A stretch of 64,000 nucleotides of DNA from Flavobacteriales bacterium (GCA_013360395.1 JABWBQ010000018.1:11428-75427), one strand, 5' to 3'. Counted from the first letter of the stretch, positions 47,251-58,119 are shown. The notes: generated from the sequence alone by a model not told the origin. Made by a program: numbers and translations.

Positions 47251-48924
47251 TCAGAAGGTCACCTCGGCCTCGACCTCCCGCCCTTCGCGCAGCACCACCA
47301 CCTTGGCGGTATCGCCCTTGCTGAACTGGCCCAGGGCCTTCATGTAGCCCATCATGTCGGCCACTTCCAGGGCGCCCAGGCGCACCACCACGTCCCCGGC
47401 CTTGAGACCCGCGGCGGCGGCGGGCTTGCCCTCGCTCACCCCGTCGATCCGCATGCCCTTGCCGTCGTACATGTAGTCCGGCACCACCCCCAGGGTCACC
47501 TTGAAACGCGGCGTGCTGGCGCTGTCGGCGTCCTGGGTCTTGGTGAAGACCAGCTTGCCGTCATCGTTCAATGTGGTGATCAGGCTCTCGATGTAGCGGG
47601 TGACGCGCAGCATGCCGTCGTAGTTGATCTTGTCCTCGTCGTCGCCGGGCTTGTGATAGTCGCTGTGGGTGCCTGTGAAGAAGTGGATGGCCGGAATGTC
47701 GTGCAGGTAGAAGCTGGTGTGGTCGCTGGGGCCGATGCCGCTGGTGGTGGTCTTGATATGGAGCGCACCGGCCTGCACACGGGGCAGCTCGGCCCAGGCG
47801 GGCGAAGTGCCCACGCCGTTGATGCCGATGCTGCTGTCGGCATCGAGGCGGCCCACCATGTCCAGGTTGATCATGTAGTTGAGCTCGGCCAGCGGCACGG
47901 TGGGGTGCTTGGTCCAATGGTTCGATCCGAACAGGCCTTTCTCCTCACCGCTGAAGGCGATGAACAGGTAGTCGTTGCCCTTGGCCTCGTCCATCGCGCT
48001 CAGGTCCCGGGCCAGCTGCAACATCACCGCCACGCCGCTGGCGTTGTCGTCGGCACCGTTGTGGATGGCCGGCTCGCCGCGGTGCAGGCTGCCCTCGTCG
48101 CCGAAGCCCAGGTGGTCGTAGTGCGCACCGATCACCACCACGTTCGGCCGGCCGTTGTCGAGCAGGCCCACCACGTTGTGCGCGGTGCTCACCGGGCGGT
48201 CGATGGTGACGGTGAGCGAGACGGGGTTGCCGTCACGCACCAGTTCGGCATGGCGGTCGCCTTTCAGGAACACCACCGGCACGGAAAGGGCCGCGGCCTT
48301 GGCGCGCAGGGTGGGATCCGGGTCGTCCACGGCCTTGTCGTCGTTGTAGAAGAACACGCAGGCCGCCCCCAGCTCCGCAGCCCGGGCGGCCCGGGCCCGC
48401 AGGTCGTGGTAGGCGACGAACTTCGAGTGCGGGTGGATGCCGTCGGGCGAGCCCACCGCAATGGCCGCGCATTTTCCCTTGAGATCGATGTCGGCGAAGT
48501 CGTCGCGGCCGAGCTCGGGGGCCTGGATGCCGTACCCGCAGCGGGCCACCGTGGCCAGCACCGCCCCGTTCCCGCTGAAGGATAACGGGAAGTATTGTTC
48601 GCCGACCTCGAGCCGCTCCCGGCCTAGCTGGAACACCTGCTTGTCGCCCAGCACAGGCTGCCCCGCGAAGGTGAAAGCCTGGCGGTAGGTGGCGCTGTCC
48701 CCGTACGGCATCAGGCCGATGGAGGCCATCTTCTGCACGATGTAGTCGCCGGCCATGCGTTCACCTCTGGTGCCGGCCTCGCGGCCCTCGAGCAGGTCGC
48801 TGGCCAAGTACTGCACATCGTACTTCATCTGGTCGCGGGCCTCCTGGTCGCCCAGCAGCTGGGCGGGCAGTGGTGCGGCGGAGATGGACAATAGAGCGAG
48901 GACGAGGGGGCGGGAGTGGCGCAT
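47251..48924 (-). CDS. M28-family peptidase with C-terminal PDZ domain
   Basis: HYDHLGFGD / NGADDNASG metal-binding motifs. PDZ region (…GLKAGDVVVRLG…). Confidence 0.8.
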   Translation of the reverse strand: MRHSRPLVLALLSISAAPLPAQLLGDQEARDQMKYDVQYLASDLLEGREAGTRGERMAGDYIVQKMASIGLMPYGDSATYRQAFTFAGQPVLGDKQVFQLGRERLEVGEQYFPLSFSGNGAVLATVARCGYGIQAPELGRDDFADIDLKGKCAAIAVGSPDGIHPHSKFVAYHDLRARAARAAELGAACVFFYNDDKAVDDPDPTLRAKAAALSVPVVFLKGDRHAELVRDGNPVSLTVTIDRPVSTAHNVVGLLDNGRPNVVVIGAHYDHLGFGDEGSLHRGEPAIHNGADDNASGVAVMLQLARDLSAMDEAKGNDYLFIAFSGEEKGLFGSNHWTKHPTVPLAELNYMINLDMVGRLDADSSIGINGVGTSPAWAELPRVQAGALHIKTTTSGIGPSDHTSFYLHDIPAIHFFTGTHSDYHKPGDDEDKINYDGMLRVTRYIESLITTLNDDGKLVFTKTQDADSASTPRFKVTLGVVPDYMYDGKGMRIDGVSEGKPAAAAGLKAGDVVVRLGALEVADMMGYMKALGQFSKGDTAKVVVLREGREVEAEVTF

Positions 48925-48980
48925 GGCGGGAAATGGGCAGCGAAGGTACTGGCGTGGCCAAGGGTGTGCACCTTTGTCAT

Positions 48981-50846
48981 ATGCGCGTCATGCTTCCGGC
49001 CCTGCTGGTGCCCGTCCTCCTTGCGGGATGCGACACAGGCACCACCGCCGACCTCAGCACGCCCAAGCCCGGCGGCCGCTGGACCGATGCCCGGATGCAG
49101 GCGGTGTTGCAGGCGCAGGACCAGCGACGCACGACGGACCTCTGCGCGCTGCTGAAGGACAGTACGGCCAGTGTGCGCGAAGCGGCGGCGCTGGCCCTGG
49201 CCAGCGTGCAGGACAGCGCGGCACGCCCCTTCTTGGCGGAAGCGTTGCGCGATGGCGATGCCACGGTGCGGGGGGCCGCCGGGTTCGCCCTGGGTGCTGT
49301 GGCTGACAGCACGGCCCTGGCCGCCCTGCGCCAAGCGGCGGACCAGGAACCGGACCCGGCGGTGAAAGCCCAGTTGAACAATGCCGCCTTCGCGGCGGAA
49401 CTGCGATCATCCCGGCATGAGGCGGCGTGGTATCTGAGCTACCTGGAGAGCACGGACCGGAACATCCGCCTGCGCGCCGCCCAAACCCTGGCCCGCCTGC
49501 CGCGCGAGGCCCTTGCCCCCACGGCACCCGACGTGCTGCACGCCGCAAGTGTGGAACGCGATCCGGCGGTGCGTCAGTTCCTGGTGGCCTCGCTGAAGCA
49601 CCATGCCTCCCGGGCGGTCACCGACACCCTCCGACACCTGGCCGTGCACGACAGCCTGCCGCAGGTGCGCATCGCAGCGGTGCGGGCGATCGGTGCCAAG
49701 GAGGACACCCTGCTGGCTCCGTTGCTGCTGGAGCGTGCCACCATGGACGCGGACCCCGGCGTGCGCCAGGCGGCCGTGGAGCAACTGCAGCGCTACCACC
49801 TGCACCTGGACGGGGAGGCCATCTGGAAGGCCGCGCAGGAGAGCGCGGACTACGGTGTGAAACTGCCGCTCTACGGGCTGGTGATGAAGCACGCCGGGCC
49901 GGGCACCCGCGTGATCTGTCGTATGCTGATGGAGAGCATGCGGCGGCAGGACCTGGGGCCCTACCTCAACGCCGCGTTGCTCACGGCCCTGGGCCCGGCC
50001 CTGCCGCAGGACACCCTGCTGGCCGTGGTACTGGGCGACCGGCCGGCCGTGGAGCGCCAGGCGGCCTTCGCAGCCTCCATGACCCAGTTCCAGGACAAGC
50101 TGAAGGCCGGGGAGATCGACCAGAAGGGGCGCGATGCCTGGCTGTCCGACCAACTGCGGAAGGTGCTGGGCACGGGCGATGCGGGCTTGATCGCCGCCGT
50201 GTGCGAACGGCTCGCCGAGGAAAGACCGGCCTTCCTACAACTGCTGCTGAGCACCGATCTGGTGGAACGGACCCGCGGCACCCTGCATCCGGTGCGTGAC
50301 CTGGAGACCCTGCAATTGCTGGAACAGGCCACGGCGCGGCGCGAAGGGCGTGCGGCCCCGCCGCATGCGGCGCCTCCCTACAACCACCCCATCGACCTGG
50401 ACCGGCTGGGGCTGCTGCGCGACGGGCAGCGCTATCGGATCGTCACCGCGAAAGGCACCATCGTGCTCGCCTTGGAACCGGCCACGGCGCCGGGCAGCTG
50501 TGCGGCCTTCGATTCACTGGCCACCGCCGGCTATTACAACGGCAGGGCCTTCCACCGCATCGTGCCCAACTTCGTGGCCCAGGGCGGTTGCCCGCGTGGC
50601 GATGGGTACGGCGGCATGCCGTGGACCTTGCGCACCGAGGTGAGCCCCATGGGGTTCGTGGAGGGTGCCGTGGGCCTGGCCTCGGCGGGTCGCGATACCG
50701 AGAGCTGCCAGTTCTTCATCATGCTCGCCCCCGCCCCGCACCTGGACGGCCGCTACACGCGCTTCGCCCGGGTGGTCAGCGGGCTGGAAGTGGCGCGGCG
50801 GCTGGAGGTGGGCGATGCGATGTTGAAGGTCGAGCGGGTGCGCTGA
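48981..50846 (+). CDS. Lipoprotein with N-terminal HEAT/PBS-lyase repeats fused to a C-terminal cyclophilin-type peptidyl-prolyl isomerase
   Basis: Lipobox LLAGCDTG. Repeated …VR.AAA.ALG… HEAT units. C-terminal cyclophilin motifs (FHRIVPNFVAQGG, SCQFFIML). Confidence 0.7.
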   Translation: MRVMLPALLVPVLLAGCDTGTTADLSTPKPGGRWTDARMQAVLQAQDQRRTTDLCALLKDSTASVREAAALALASVQDSAARPFLAEALRDGDATVRGAAGFALGAVADSTALAALRQAADQEPDPAVKAQLNNAAFAAELRSSRHEAAWYLSYLESTDRNIRLRAAQTLARLPREALAPTAPDVLHAASVERDPAVRQFLVASLKHHASRAVTDTLRHLAVHDSLPQVRIAAVRAIGAKEDTLLAPLLLERATMDADPGVRQAAVEQLQRYHLHLDGEAIWKAAQESADYGVKLPLYGLVMKHAGPGTRVICRMLMESMRRQDLGPYLNAALLTALGPALPQDTLLAVVLGDRPAVERQAAFAASMTQFQDKLKAGEIDQKGRDAWLSDQLRKVLGTGDAGLIAAVCERLAEERPAFLQLLLSTDLVERTRGTLHPVRDLETLQLLEQATARREGRAAPPHAAPPYNHPIDLDRLGLLRDGQRYRIVTAKGTIVLALEPATAPGSCAAFDSLATAGYYNGRAFHRIVPNFVAQGGCPRGDGYGGMPWTLRTEVSPMGFVEGAVGLASAGRDTESCQFFIMLAPAPHLDGRYTRFARVVSGLEVARRLEVGDAMLKVERVR

Positions 50847-50934
50847 GCGTGGTCGACGGCGCGCACCGGCCGGGTGGAAAAACCGGGGGGCCGCCCCGCA
50901 ACGGGACGGCCCCCCGGCCTTGGTCGTTCGTGGC

Positions 50935-51699
50935 TCAGCGGGCCAGCACGAACTTCTCGCGGGTCACCTTGCCGTTCTGGCGCAGGTTCACGAAGTAAGT
51001 GCCGTTGCTGAGGTCGCTCAGGTCCAGGCGCTTGGTGGTCTCACCGGCCTTCAGGTTGGTGCTGAGGGCGATGCGGCCGCTCACTTCCATCACTTCCAGC
51101 ACGCCCTGGCCTTCCATGCCCTCCAGGGTCACGGTGATCATGCCGTTGGACGGGTTGGGGAACACCTCGATGGAAGCCTCACCGGCGAGCTCGGCCATGC
51201 CGATCGTCCCACCGCAGGTGATCGACGGGTAGCCGTTGTTGGTGCTGGCGTTGGCGCTGGTGCCGCAGGCCCCCACCTCGCTCACCACGATCAGGTAGGT
51301 ACCGGTCTCGGAGGCCGTCCACGAGAGCGCGCAGTTCGAGCCCGCGTTGGTGCCGTAGGCATCGACCGTGCCGCTCGGGTTGATGATGGTGAACATCAGC
51401 GGCCAGGCCGTTCCGCCCGTACCGTTGCAGGCGCTCCACGTGTAGGTCACACCCTGCTGGATGTTGTTCATCGCGTACGCCTCGTCCGCGTACACCTCGA
51501 ACGCCGTGATCTCGTTCGTTGCGCAGTTGCCCGAACCGTCGGGCGTGGGCGCACCACCGAACTGGCTGTTGAAATCGCTCCAACCCGAGGAGTCCGTGGG
51601 GTTGACCCAAGTGGTGCATTGGGCCTGTGCGTTCGTGGCCGTCAGGGCCAGCAGGCCGACGAGGGCCGAGGAAAGGATCCCTTGCGTAATGTGCTTCAT
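50935..51699 (-). CDS. Secreted protein with T9SS C-terminal sorting domain
   Basis: Signal peptide (MKHITQGILSSALVGLLALTATNAQA). CTD ending …NGTYFVNLRQNGKVTREKFVLAR. Confidence 0.6.
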   Translation of the reverse strand: MKHITQGILSSALVGLLALTATNAQAQCTTWVNPTDSSGWSDFNSQFGGAPTPDGSGNCATNEITAFEVYADEAYAMNNIQQGVTYTWSACNGTGGTAWPLMFTIINPSGTVDAYGTNAGSNCALSWTASETGTYLIVVSEVGACGTSANASTNNGYPSITCGGTIGMAELAGEASIEVFPNPSNGMITVTLEGMEGQGVLEVMEVSGRIALSTNLKAGETTKRLDLSDLSNGTYFVNLRQNGKVTREKFVLAR

Positions 51700-51849
51700 G
51701 TGTTCGTGTTTAAGGTTTGGGACTTCGCCGCCAAGGTACGGAGGATCACGGGATGCCCAATGCACCGACGGCCCCGGTTCATCACGATCCGCTGTTGGTG
51801 GATCCGCAGGAAGGGATGGACGGGGGCTGACGACCTCGGCCCCTGCCGT

Positions 51850-53364
51850 TCACTCGAACTTCTCGGGCCGCATCTGCGGGAAGAGCAGCACCTCCTGGAT
51901 GGCGGGATTGTCGGTGAGCAGCATCACCAGGCGGTCCACCCCGATGCCCACGCCGCTGGTGGGCGGCATGCCGTACTCCAAGGCCCGTAGGAAATCCCGG
52001 TCGATGAACATGGCCTCGTCATCGCCGCGCTGTTGCAGCTTCAGCTGCTCCTCGAAGCGTTCGCGCTGGTCGATGGGGTCGTTGAGCTCGCTGTAGGCGT
52101 TGGCCAGTTCGAAGCCGTTCACGAACAGCTCGAACCGCTCGGTGAGCCGGGGGTCGTCGCGGTGCTTCTTGCACAACGGGCTCATCTCCACCGGGAAATC
52201 GGTGACGAAGGTGGGCTGGATGAGCTCCGGCTGCACCAGGGCGCTGAAGAGCTCGTCGATCAGCTTGCCCTTGCCCATCGTGGGCGCCACTTCGATGCCG
52301 TGCTTCACGCACAGCTGGCGCACCGCGCTCTCGTCCAGTTCAAGCACATCGGCCCCGGTCTTCTCCCGGATCGACCCGCACATGCTGATGCGCCGGAAGG
52401 GTGCGGTGAAGTCCAGGGTGTTCCCGCCGAAGGTGGCGGTGGCCCCCCCGTTGGCCGCCGTGCACACCCGTTCGAGCATCCGCTCCATACAGCCCATCAT
52501 CCAGCGGTAGTCCTTCCAGGCCACATAGAGCTCCATGATGGTGAACTCCGGATTGTGCGTGCGGTCCATGCCCTCGTTGCGGAAGTTGCGGCTGAACTCG
52601 AACACGCCCTCGAAGCCCCCGACGATGAGGCGCTTGAGGTAGAGCTCGTTGGCGATGCGCAGGTAGAGCGGCACATCCAGCGCGTTGTGGTGGGTGACGA
52701 AGGGGCGCGCCGCCGCACCGCCCGGGATGGGTTGCAGCACGGGCGTGTCCACTTCGTGGTAGCCGCTCTCCACCAGGAAGGCCCGCATGGCCGCGATGAT
52801 GCGTGTCCGCTTCAGGAAGGTCTCCCGCACGCCGGGGTTCACGTTCAGGTCCACATAACGCATGCGGTAGCGCTGCTCGGGGTCGGTGAAGGCATCGTGC
52901 ACACGGCCTTCCTCGTCCGTCTTCACCACGGGAAGCGGTCGCAGCGCCTTGCCCAGGACGGTGAGCGCCTCCACATGCACGGTGACCTCCCCGGTGCGGG
53001 TCTTGAACACGTGCCCCTCCACGCCGATGAAGTCGCCCAGGTGCAGCAGGTGTTTCCACACCTCGTCGTAAAGCACCTTGTCCTCGCCGGGGCAGATGCT
53101 GTCACGGGCGATATAGACCTGCTGGTCGCCGGTGTGGTCGCGCAGCACGGCGAACGAGGCCTTGCCCATCAGGCGCACGCTCATCAGCCGGCCGGCCAGG
53201 GTCACCCGGGCGGGCTCGCCCGCTTCGCGGAACAGGCCCTTGACCTCCTGCGCGGTGGCCGTGACGGGGAATTCGGCGGCGGGGAAGGGTTCGATGCCGA
53301 GGGCGCGGAGCTTGCGGAGCGCTTCGCGGCGCACCAGCTCCTGGTCGGAAAGGGCGTGGGACAT
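51850..53364 (-). CDS. lysS: Lysine--tRNA ligase (class II)
   Basis: OB-fold anticodon-binding N-terminus plus class II motifs 1-3. Confidence 0.9.
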   Translation of the reverse strand: MSHALSDQELVRREALRKLRALGIEPFPAAEFPVTATAQEVKGLFREAGEPARVTLAGRLMSVRLMGKASFAVLRDHTGDQQVYIARDSICPGEDKVLYDEVWKHLLHLGDFIGVEGHVFKTRTGEVTVHVEALTVLGKALRPLPVVKTDEEGRVHDAFTDPEQRYRMRYVDLNVNPGVRETFLKRTRIIAAMRAFLVESGYHEVDTPVLQPIPGGAAARPFVTHHNALDVPLYLRIANELYLKRLIVGGFEGVFEFSRNFRNEGMDRTHNPEFTIMELYVAWKDYRWMMGCMERMLERVCTAANGGATATFGGNTLDFTAPFRRISMCGSIREKTGADVLELDESAVRQLCVKHGIEVAPTMGKGKLIDELFSALVQPELIQPTFVTDFPVEMSPLCKKHRDDPRLTERFELFVNGFELANAYSELNDPIDQRERFEEQLKLQQRGDDEAMFIDRDFLRALEYGMPPTSGVGIGVDRLVMLLTDNPAIQEVLLFPQMRPEKFE

Positions 53365-53483
53365 GGGTGGCGGAAGGGGAGCGCGAAGTTACCCGGCAAC
53401 TCCGGAAGCCGATGGTGCGTATGAGCCGTCTAATTTCGGCCCGCCAACAGGCCCCATTCCCGCCGCCCCGCGGCACCCCCGCC

Positions 53484-54470
53484 ATGTACAAGCTCATCGA
53501 CGCCTTCCCCGAACAACTGAAGGAAGCCCTGGAGATCGGCCGGAAGGCCACCCTGAAGACCGCCGGGGGGCCCTACGCCAACGTGGTCGTCACCGGGCTG
53601 GGCGGAAGCGGGATCGGCGGCCGCATCGCCGCGCAGCTGGTGCACAAGGAGGCCCGCTGCCCGATCGAGGTGTTCAACAACTATTACCTGCCGGGCTACG
53701 TGGACCACCGGAGCCTGGTGATCGCGTGCAGCTACAGCGGCAACACCGAAGAGACACTGGCCGCCATGGAGCAGGCCCTGGCCAGGGGCGCCCGCACGGT
53801 GGCGATCACCAGCGGCGGCACCATGTTGGAGACGGCCCGGGCCAGGGGTCTTGACCACATCGTGATCCCCGGTGGCAACCCGCCGCGCACCATGCTGGCC
53901 TATTCGCTGGTGCAGCAGTTCTTCGTGCTGCATCACTTCGGCATCATCGGCGATGGTTTCGCCGGCGCCATCCGCACCGCCGCGAACATGCTCGCGGACG
54001 AGAAGGAGGGCATCCGGAAGGCCGCGCAGGAGCTCACCGGCAAGCTGGTGGGCAAACGGCTCGTGATCTACAGCGAGGCCAACACCGAGGCCGTGAGCAT
54101 CCGTTTCCGCCAGCAGGTGAACGAGAACAGCAAGGAGCTCTGCTGGCACCACGCCATCCCCGAGATGAACCACAACGAGCTCGTGGGCTGGGCCGGCGGC
54201 CGGGACGACATCGCGGTGCTGATCTTCCGCCACAAGGAGGACCATGAACGCAGCCAGATCCGCATGGAGATCAACAAGGATGTGTTCCGCAAATACACGC
54301 CGCACATCCACGACGTGTGGAGCCGTGGCGACACCGCCTTCGCGCGGCAGCTCTACCTGATCAACCTCGGCGACTGGGTGAGCTACTACTGGGCGGAACG
54401 CAAAGGCGTGGACCCCACCGAGATCGCCGTGATCAACATGCTGAAGGGGAAGCTCGCCGAGGTGCGGTGA
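53484..54470 (+). CDS. Bifunctional phosphoglucose/phosphomannose isomerase (SIS domain)
   Basis: Two SIS domains, archaeal-type PGI/PMI pattern. Start reset to MYKLIDAF. Confidence 0.75.
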   Translation: MYKLIDAFPEQLKEALEIGRKATLKTAGGPYANVVVTGLGGSGIGGRIAAQLVHKEARCPIEVFNNYYLPGYVDHRSLVIACSYSGNTEETLAAMEQALARGARTVAITSGGTMLETARARGLDHIVIPGGNPPRTMLAYSLVQQFFVLHHFGIIGDGFAGAIRTAANMLADEKEGIRKAAQELTGKLVGKRLVIYSEANTEAVSIRFRQQVNENSKELCWHHAIPEMNHNELVGWAGGRDDIAVLIFRHKEDHERSQIRMEINKDVFRKYTPHIHDVWSRGDTAFARQLYLINLGDWVSYYWAERKGVDPTEIAVINMLKGKLAEVR

Positions 54471-54509
54471 TGAGCGGCCGGCGGTGAGCGGCCCCGTCCG
54501 GGTGTTCGC

Positions 54510-55253
54510 GTGCCTCCCGCTTCCCCGACCTTTGCGCCCGTGCGACACGTTCACTTCCGCGACCTCGGTCCCATCGACTACGCCGCCGCCTGGGCGCTGC
54601 AAAAGGAGCTCTTCGAGGGAACGGTCGCCATCAAGCTGGAGAACCGCTCGCGCCCAGCGGACGGGCAACGACCCACGCGGGACCATCTGCTGTTCTGCGA
54701 GCACCCCCACGTGTACACCCTGGGCAAGAGCGGCCGGCAGGACCACCTCTTGCTGGATGAGCAGGGGCTGCGTGAAAAGGGCGTGCACTTCTTTCCCATC
54801 GACCGGGGCGGCGACATCACCTACCACGGACCGGGCCAGTTGGTGGTGTACCCCATCTTCGATCTGGACCATCACTTCACGGACATCCACCGCTTCCTGC
54901 GCACCCTGGAGGAGGCCGTGATCGGCACGCTGGAGGCGTTCGGCATCCGTGCCGGCCGCATCGATGGCCTCACCGGGGTGTGGCTCGATGCCGACGACCC
55001 CGCGCGGGCCCGCAAGATCTGCGCCTTCGGCATCCGCGCCAGCCGCTGGGTCACCATGCACGGTCTGGCCTTCAACGTGAACACGGACCTGGCCTATTTC
55101 GGCCACATCGTGCCCTGCGGCATCGCCGACAAAGGCGTCACCAGCCTGGCCCGGGAACTGGGCGGGCCGGTGGACATGGAGCAGGTGAAGCAGCGCATGA
55201 AGCTGGAGCTCGCCGATCTGTTCGACGTGGAATTGGTGGAAGAGCCCCGCTGA
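54510..55253 (+). CDS. lipB: Lipoyl(octanoyl) transferase
   Basis: …HPHVYTLGK…RGGDITYHGPGQLV… are LipB catalytic motifs. True start is probably the in-frame GTG near 54540. Confidence 0.8.
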   Translation: MPPASPTFAPVRHVHFRDLGPIDYAAAWALQKELFEGTVAIKLENRSRPADGQRPTRDHLLFCEHPHVYTLGKSGRQDHLLLDEQGLREKGVHFFPIDRGGDITYHGPGQLVVYPIFDLDHHFTDIHRFLRTLEEAVIGTLEAFGIRAGRIDGLTGVWLDADDPARARKICAFGIRASRWVTMHGLAFNVNTDLAYFGHIVPCGIADKGVTSLARELGGPVDMEQVKQRMKLELADLFDVELVEEPR

Positions 55254-55387
55254 CGCAGGCCCGCCGCCTTCGCCGCAGCTTCCGGCAGTCCCGGTCATGC
55301 CCCTGGAACGCCGGAGCCACGGTCCACCGGCCACGGGTTGAGCCGCCGGCCACGTCGTGACCCTACCTTCGGCCTCCACCCGCCGCC

Positions 55388-56560
55388 ATGCGCAAGCTCA
55401 AGAAGTTCCTGTTCCTGACCGTCGGCCTCGTCGTGCTGCTCGTCGTGCTGGCCTACGCCACGGGCAACGGCCACATCCCACGCGGGGTGCGCTACACCTA
55501 CCTCCTGGGGCGCACCTCCCCCGAGATCGACGACCGCGATTTCTTCCCCTACGGCACCATTGCCGCCACCGCGCCGCAACCCTGGCCCAAGGGCGCCCGG
55601 TACGGCCGGCTCGCCCTGAAGCCTGAACAGGAACAACAGCTCAAGGACCTGTACAGCGTGGGCTTCGCCGTGTTCCAGCACGACAGCCTCATCTTCGAAC
55701 AGTACTGGAACGGCTGGGACGCCGACAGCGTGAGCAACAGCTTCAGCGTGGCCAAGAGCTATGTGAGCGTGCTCACCGGCATCGCGATCAAGGAGGGCGT
55801 GATCAAGAGCGTTCAACAACCGGTGAGCGACTTCCTGCCCGAATTCACCGCGATGGATCCCTGCCACGGGGCGATCACGATCGAGCATGTGCTGACGATG
55901 AGCACCGGGCTGGACTGGGGCGAGAGCGGCGCCGACCCCTTCAGCGACAACGCCAAGGGCTACTACGGCACCAACGTGCGGGAACTGAGCCTGGACCAGC
56001 CGTGCCGCATCGCACCGGGCCGGGAGTTCGACTACATCAGCGGCGCCACGCAGATCATGGCCGAGGTGCTGGAGGCCGCCTGGAAGCTTCCGCTGGACGA
56101 GCTGGTGGCCGAGAAGCTCTGGGGCCCACTGGGCTGCGAGCACCCGGCGTACTGGGGCAAGGACCGCGCGGAGGGCGACTTCAAGGCCTTCTGCTGCCTC
56201 TACGCCACGGCGCGCGACTTCGGCCGCATCGGGCAGCTGTACCTGGACAGCGGGATGTGGAAGGGTCGCGAGATCGTGCCGCGCGACTTCTTCCTCGCTT
56301 CGGTGACGCCGGCGAAGGTGATGGACAAGGGCAGGCCCAACGCCCGCTACGGCTACTTCTGGTGGCTGGCCGAGCTTGATGGGAAGCCCATCCACTACTG
56401 CCGCGGCTTCCACGGCGAGTACGTGGTGGTGATCCCGCATGAGGACCTGGTGCTGGTGCGCACCGGCATGAAGCGCGAGGAGGTCAACGAGGAGGGCCAC
56501 CCCCAGGACGTGTTCCACTGGATCGCCATCGCCCGTGAACTGGCCGGGCGCAAGGGTTGA
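55388..56560 (+). CDS. Serine hydrolase of the beta-lactamase/transpeptidase-like family
   Basis: SxxK motif (SVAKS) and overall class-C-like pattern. N-terminal TM anchor. Confidence 0.7.
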   Translation: MRKLKKFLFLTVGLVVLLVVLAYATGNGHIPRGVRYTYLLGRTSPEIDDRDFFPYGTIAATAPQPWPKGARYGRLALKPEQEQQLKDLYSVGFAVFQHDSLIFEQYWNGWDADSVSNSFSVAKSYVSVLTGIAIKEGVIKSVQQPVSDFLPEFTAMDPCHGAITIEHVLTMSTGLDWGESGADPFSDNAKGYYGTNVRELSLDQPCRIAPGREFDYISGATQIMAEVLEAAWKLPLDELVAEKLWGPLGCEHPAYWGKDRAEGDFKAFCCLYATARDFGRIGQLYLDSGMWKGREIVPRDFFLASVTPAKVMDKGRPNARYGYFWWLAELDGKPIHYCRGFHGEYVVVIPHEDLVLVRTGMKREEVNEEGHPQDVFHWIAIARELAGRKG

Positions 56561-56566
56561 CGGTCG

Positions 56567-56971
56567 ATGCGCAAGGACATCCACCCCCCCAAGGTGCAAG
56601 GCGTGGCCATGGCCGTGGTGCGCGAGCCGGACCCCGAGGGTGGCGAAGGCTGGTACGTGTATCTCGTGAACCGGAACGACTACGCCCTGGAGAACGTGCT
56701 CATCAGTTCGCGCGGCTACGGGGAACTGGCGGGCGAGGCACGCCGCACCAGCGAGATGCGGCACTTCCTGGGCAAGCTCGGCCCACGAAGCTGGGCGCGC
56801 ATCGAACCCATCATGGAGGAGCTCTTCGGCCTCAACAACCAGTACTGGCTGAGCTACTACGCCAACGGACAGCTGCACGACAAGAAGTACATCTTCCTGC
56901 CGGAGAGCATCCAGGAGGCCAACTTCACCCCCCTGCCGCTGATGCAGGTGCGCGGGGTGATGATCGAGTGA
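56567..56971 (+). CDS. Hypothetical protein (134 aa)
   Basis: ORF with plausible composition, tightly spaced after the serine hydrolase gene. Confidence 0.4.
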   Translation: MRKDIHPPKVQGVAMAVVREPDPEGGEGWYVYLVNRNDYALENVLISSRGYGELAGEARRTSEMRHFLGKLGPRSWARIEPIMEELFGLNNQYWLSYYANGQLHDKKYIFLPESIQEANFTPLPLMQVRGVMIE

Positions 56972-56982
56972 GCACCGCATCG

Positions 56983-58119
56983 ATGCCACGCCGTCGCCTC
57001 CTGCTCCTGTTCGCGCTGCTGCTCGTGGCCGCCGCGGCCGCGCTGGCCCTGCTGCGGCCCGATGCCGTGAAGCGCGAGCTCCGCACCCTGCGCGACACCG
57101 TGCAGCGGCCCGCCGGACCTTCCGCTGTGGACCTGTCCGCCGAACGCACCTCCCCCATCACGTCCGATGGTCGCACGCTGACAACGAACGACCCGCCGCC
57201 GTTCGACCGGCCGGTGGCCGAGCGCTCCGGACCATCCATCGCCATCGGCGACCGCACGCTGCGGCCCAACCTCCACTTCGACATGGAGTCATCGGCGGAC
57301 AGCAGCCTGCTGGTGCGCGGCATCGCCCATGGCGGCGAACGCTCCATGCTGCTCAAGGCCGCTGCGGAATACGGACCGGCCATCCGGCGGCGGGCCGGGG
57401 ACGTGGGCGCCCCGCTCACCGCCGTCGCCGCCGGCCTCTGGTGCCGTTCGGACGACCCCGGGCTGGTGATCGTCACCACCATCCACCGTGGCGAGGAACA
57501 ACGGGCCTGGTACGGCAAGGAGCTGCGTGCCGGCGAGCATGCGCCGGGCGTGTGGCAGCGCCTGCAGGGCGAACTGCTGCTGCGCGGTCTGGAGGTGGCG
57601 GACGATGATGTGGTCACCATCTACCTCTGGAACAAGCACCGGCACGACACCTGGATCGACGACATGGACGTGGTGTTCCGCAGCGGCGATGTGCTGGGCC
57701 GCGACAGCATCCGTGCGCACGACCTGGAGGACAGCGCACGCACCACACGGCCGCTGTCCTTCGCCACCGTGGAATGCCTGGACCTGGTGGATCCCGCACA
57801 GGTGGGTGTCCGGATCGGTGAGCCCGCGCCTGCGGCGACCGAGCTCATCGCGCTGCCCGACGGGGCCTATCGGTGGCGATACACGCCTGGTGATGGGGTC
57901 GCGCGATTGATCGATGGCGCTGGACAGGCCCGCTACCTCGTCCGCCCCTGGTGCCCCGCGAGTGGCGACCTGCTCGGTTTCGAACGGGTCCACGTGGCCG
58001 CAGAGGCGGGCGCCTTGCGGCTGGTGGGCTATGACGTGGACCCCTCGGCCGACGGCACCCTGAGGATCGCCGCGACGCCCGCGCCACGGGGAGCCCTGAT
58101 CCGCATCACCGCCCCATGA
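56983..58119 (+). CDS. Hypothetical secreted protein (378 aa)
   Basis: Start at MPRRRLLLLFALLLVAAAAALA (signal peptide). 4-nt overlap with the next gene. Confidence 0.5.
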   Translation: MPRRRLLLLFALLLVAAAAALALLRPDAVKRELRTLRDTVQRPAGPSAVDLSAERTSPITSDGRTLTTNDPPPFDRPVAERSGPSIAIGDRTLRPNLHFDMESSADSSLLVRGIAHGGERSMLLKAAAEYGPAIRRRAGDVGAPLTAVAAGLWCRSDDPGLVIVTTIHRGEEQRAWYGKELRAGEHAPGVWQRLQGELLLRGLEVADDDVVTIYLWNKHRHDTWIDDMDVVFRSGDVLGRDSIRAHDLEDSARTTRPLSFATVECLDLVDPAQVGVRIGEPAPAATELIALPDGAYRWRYTPGDGVARLIDGAGQARYLVRPWCPASGDLLGFERVHVAAEAGALRLVGYDVDPSADGTLRIAATPAPRGALIRITAP

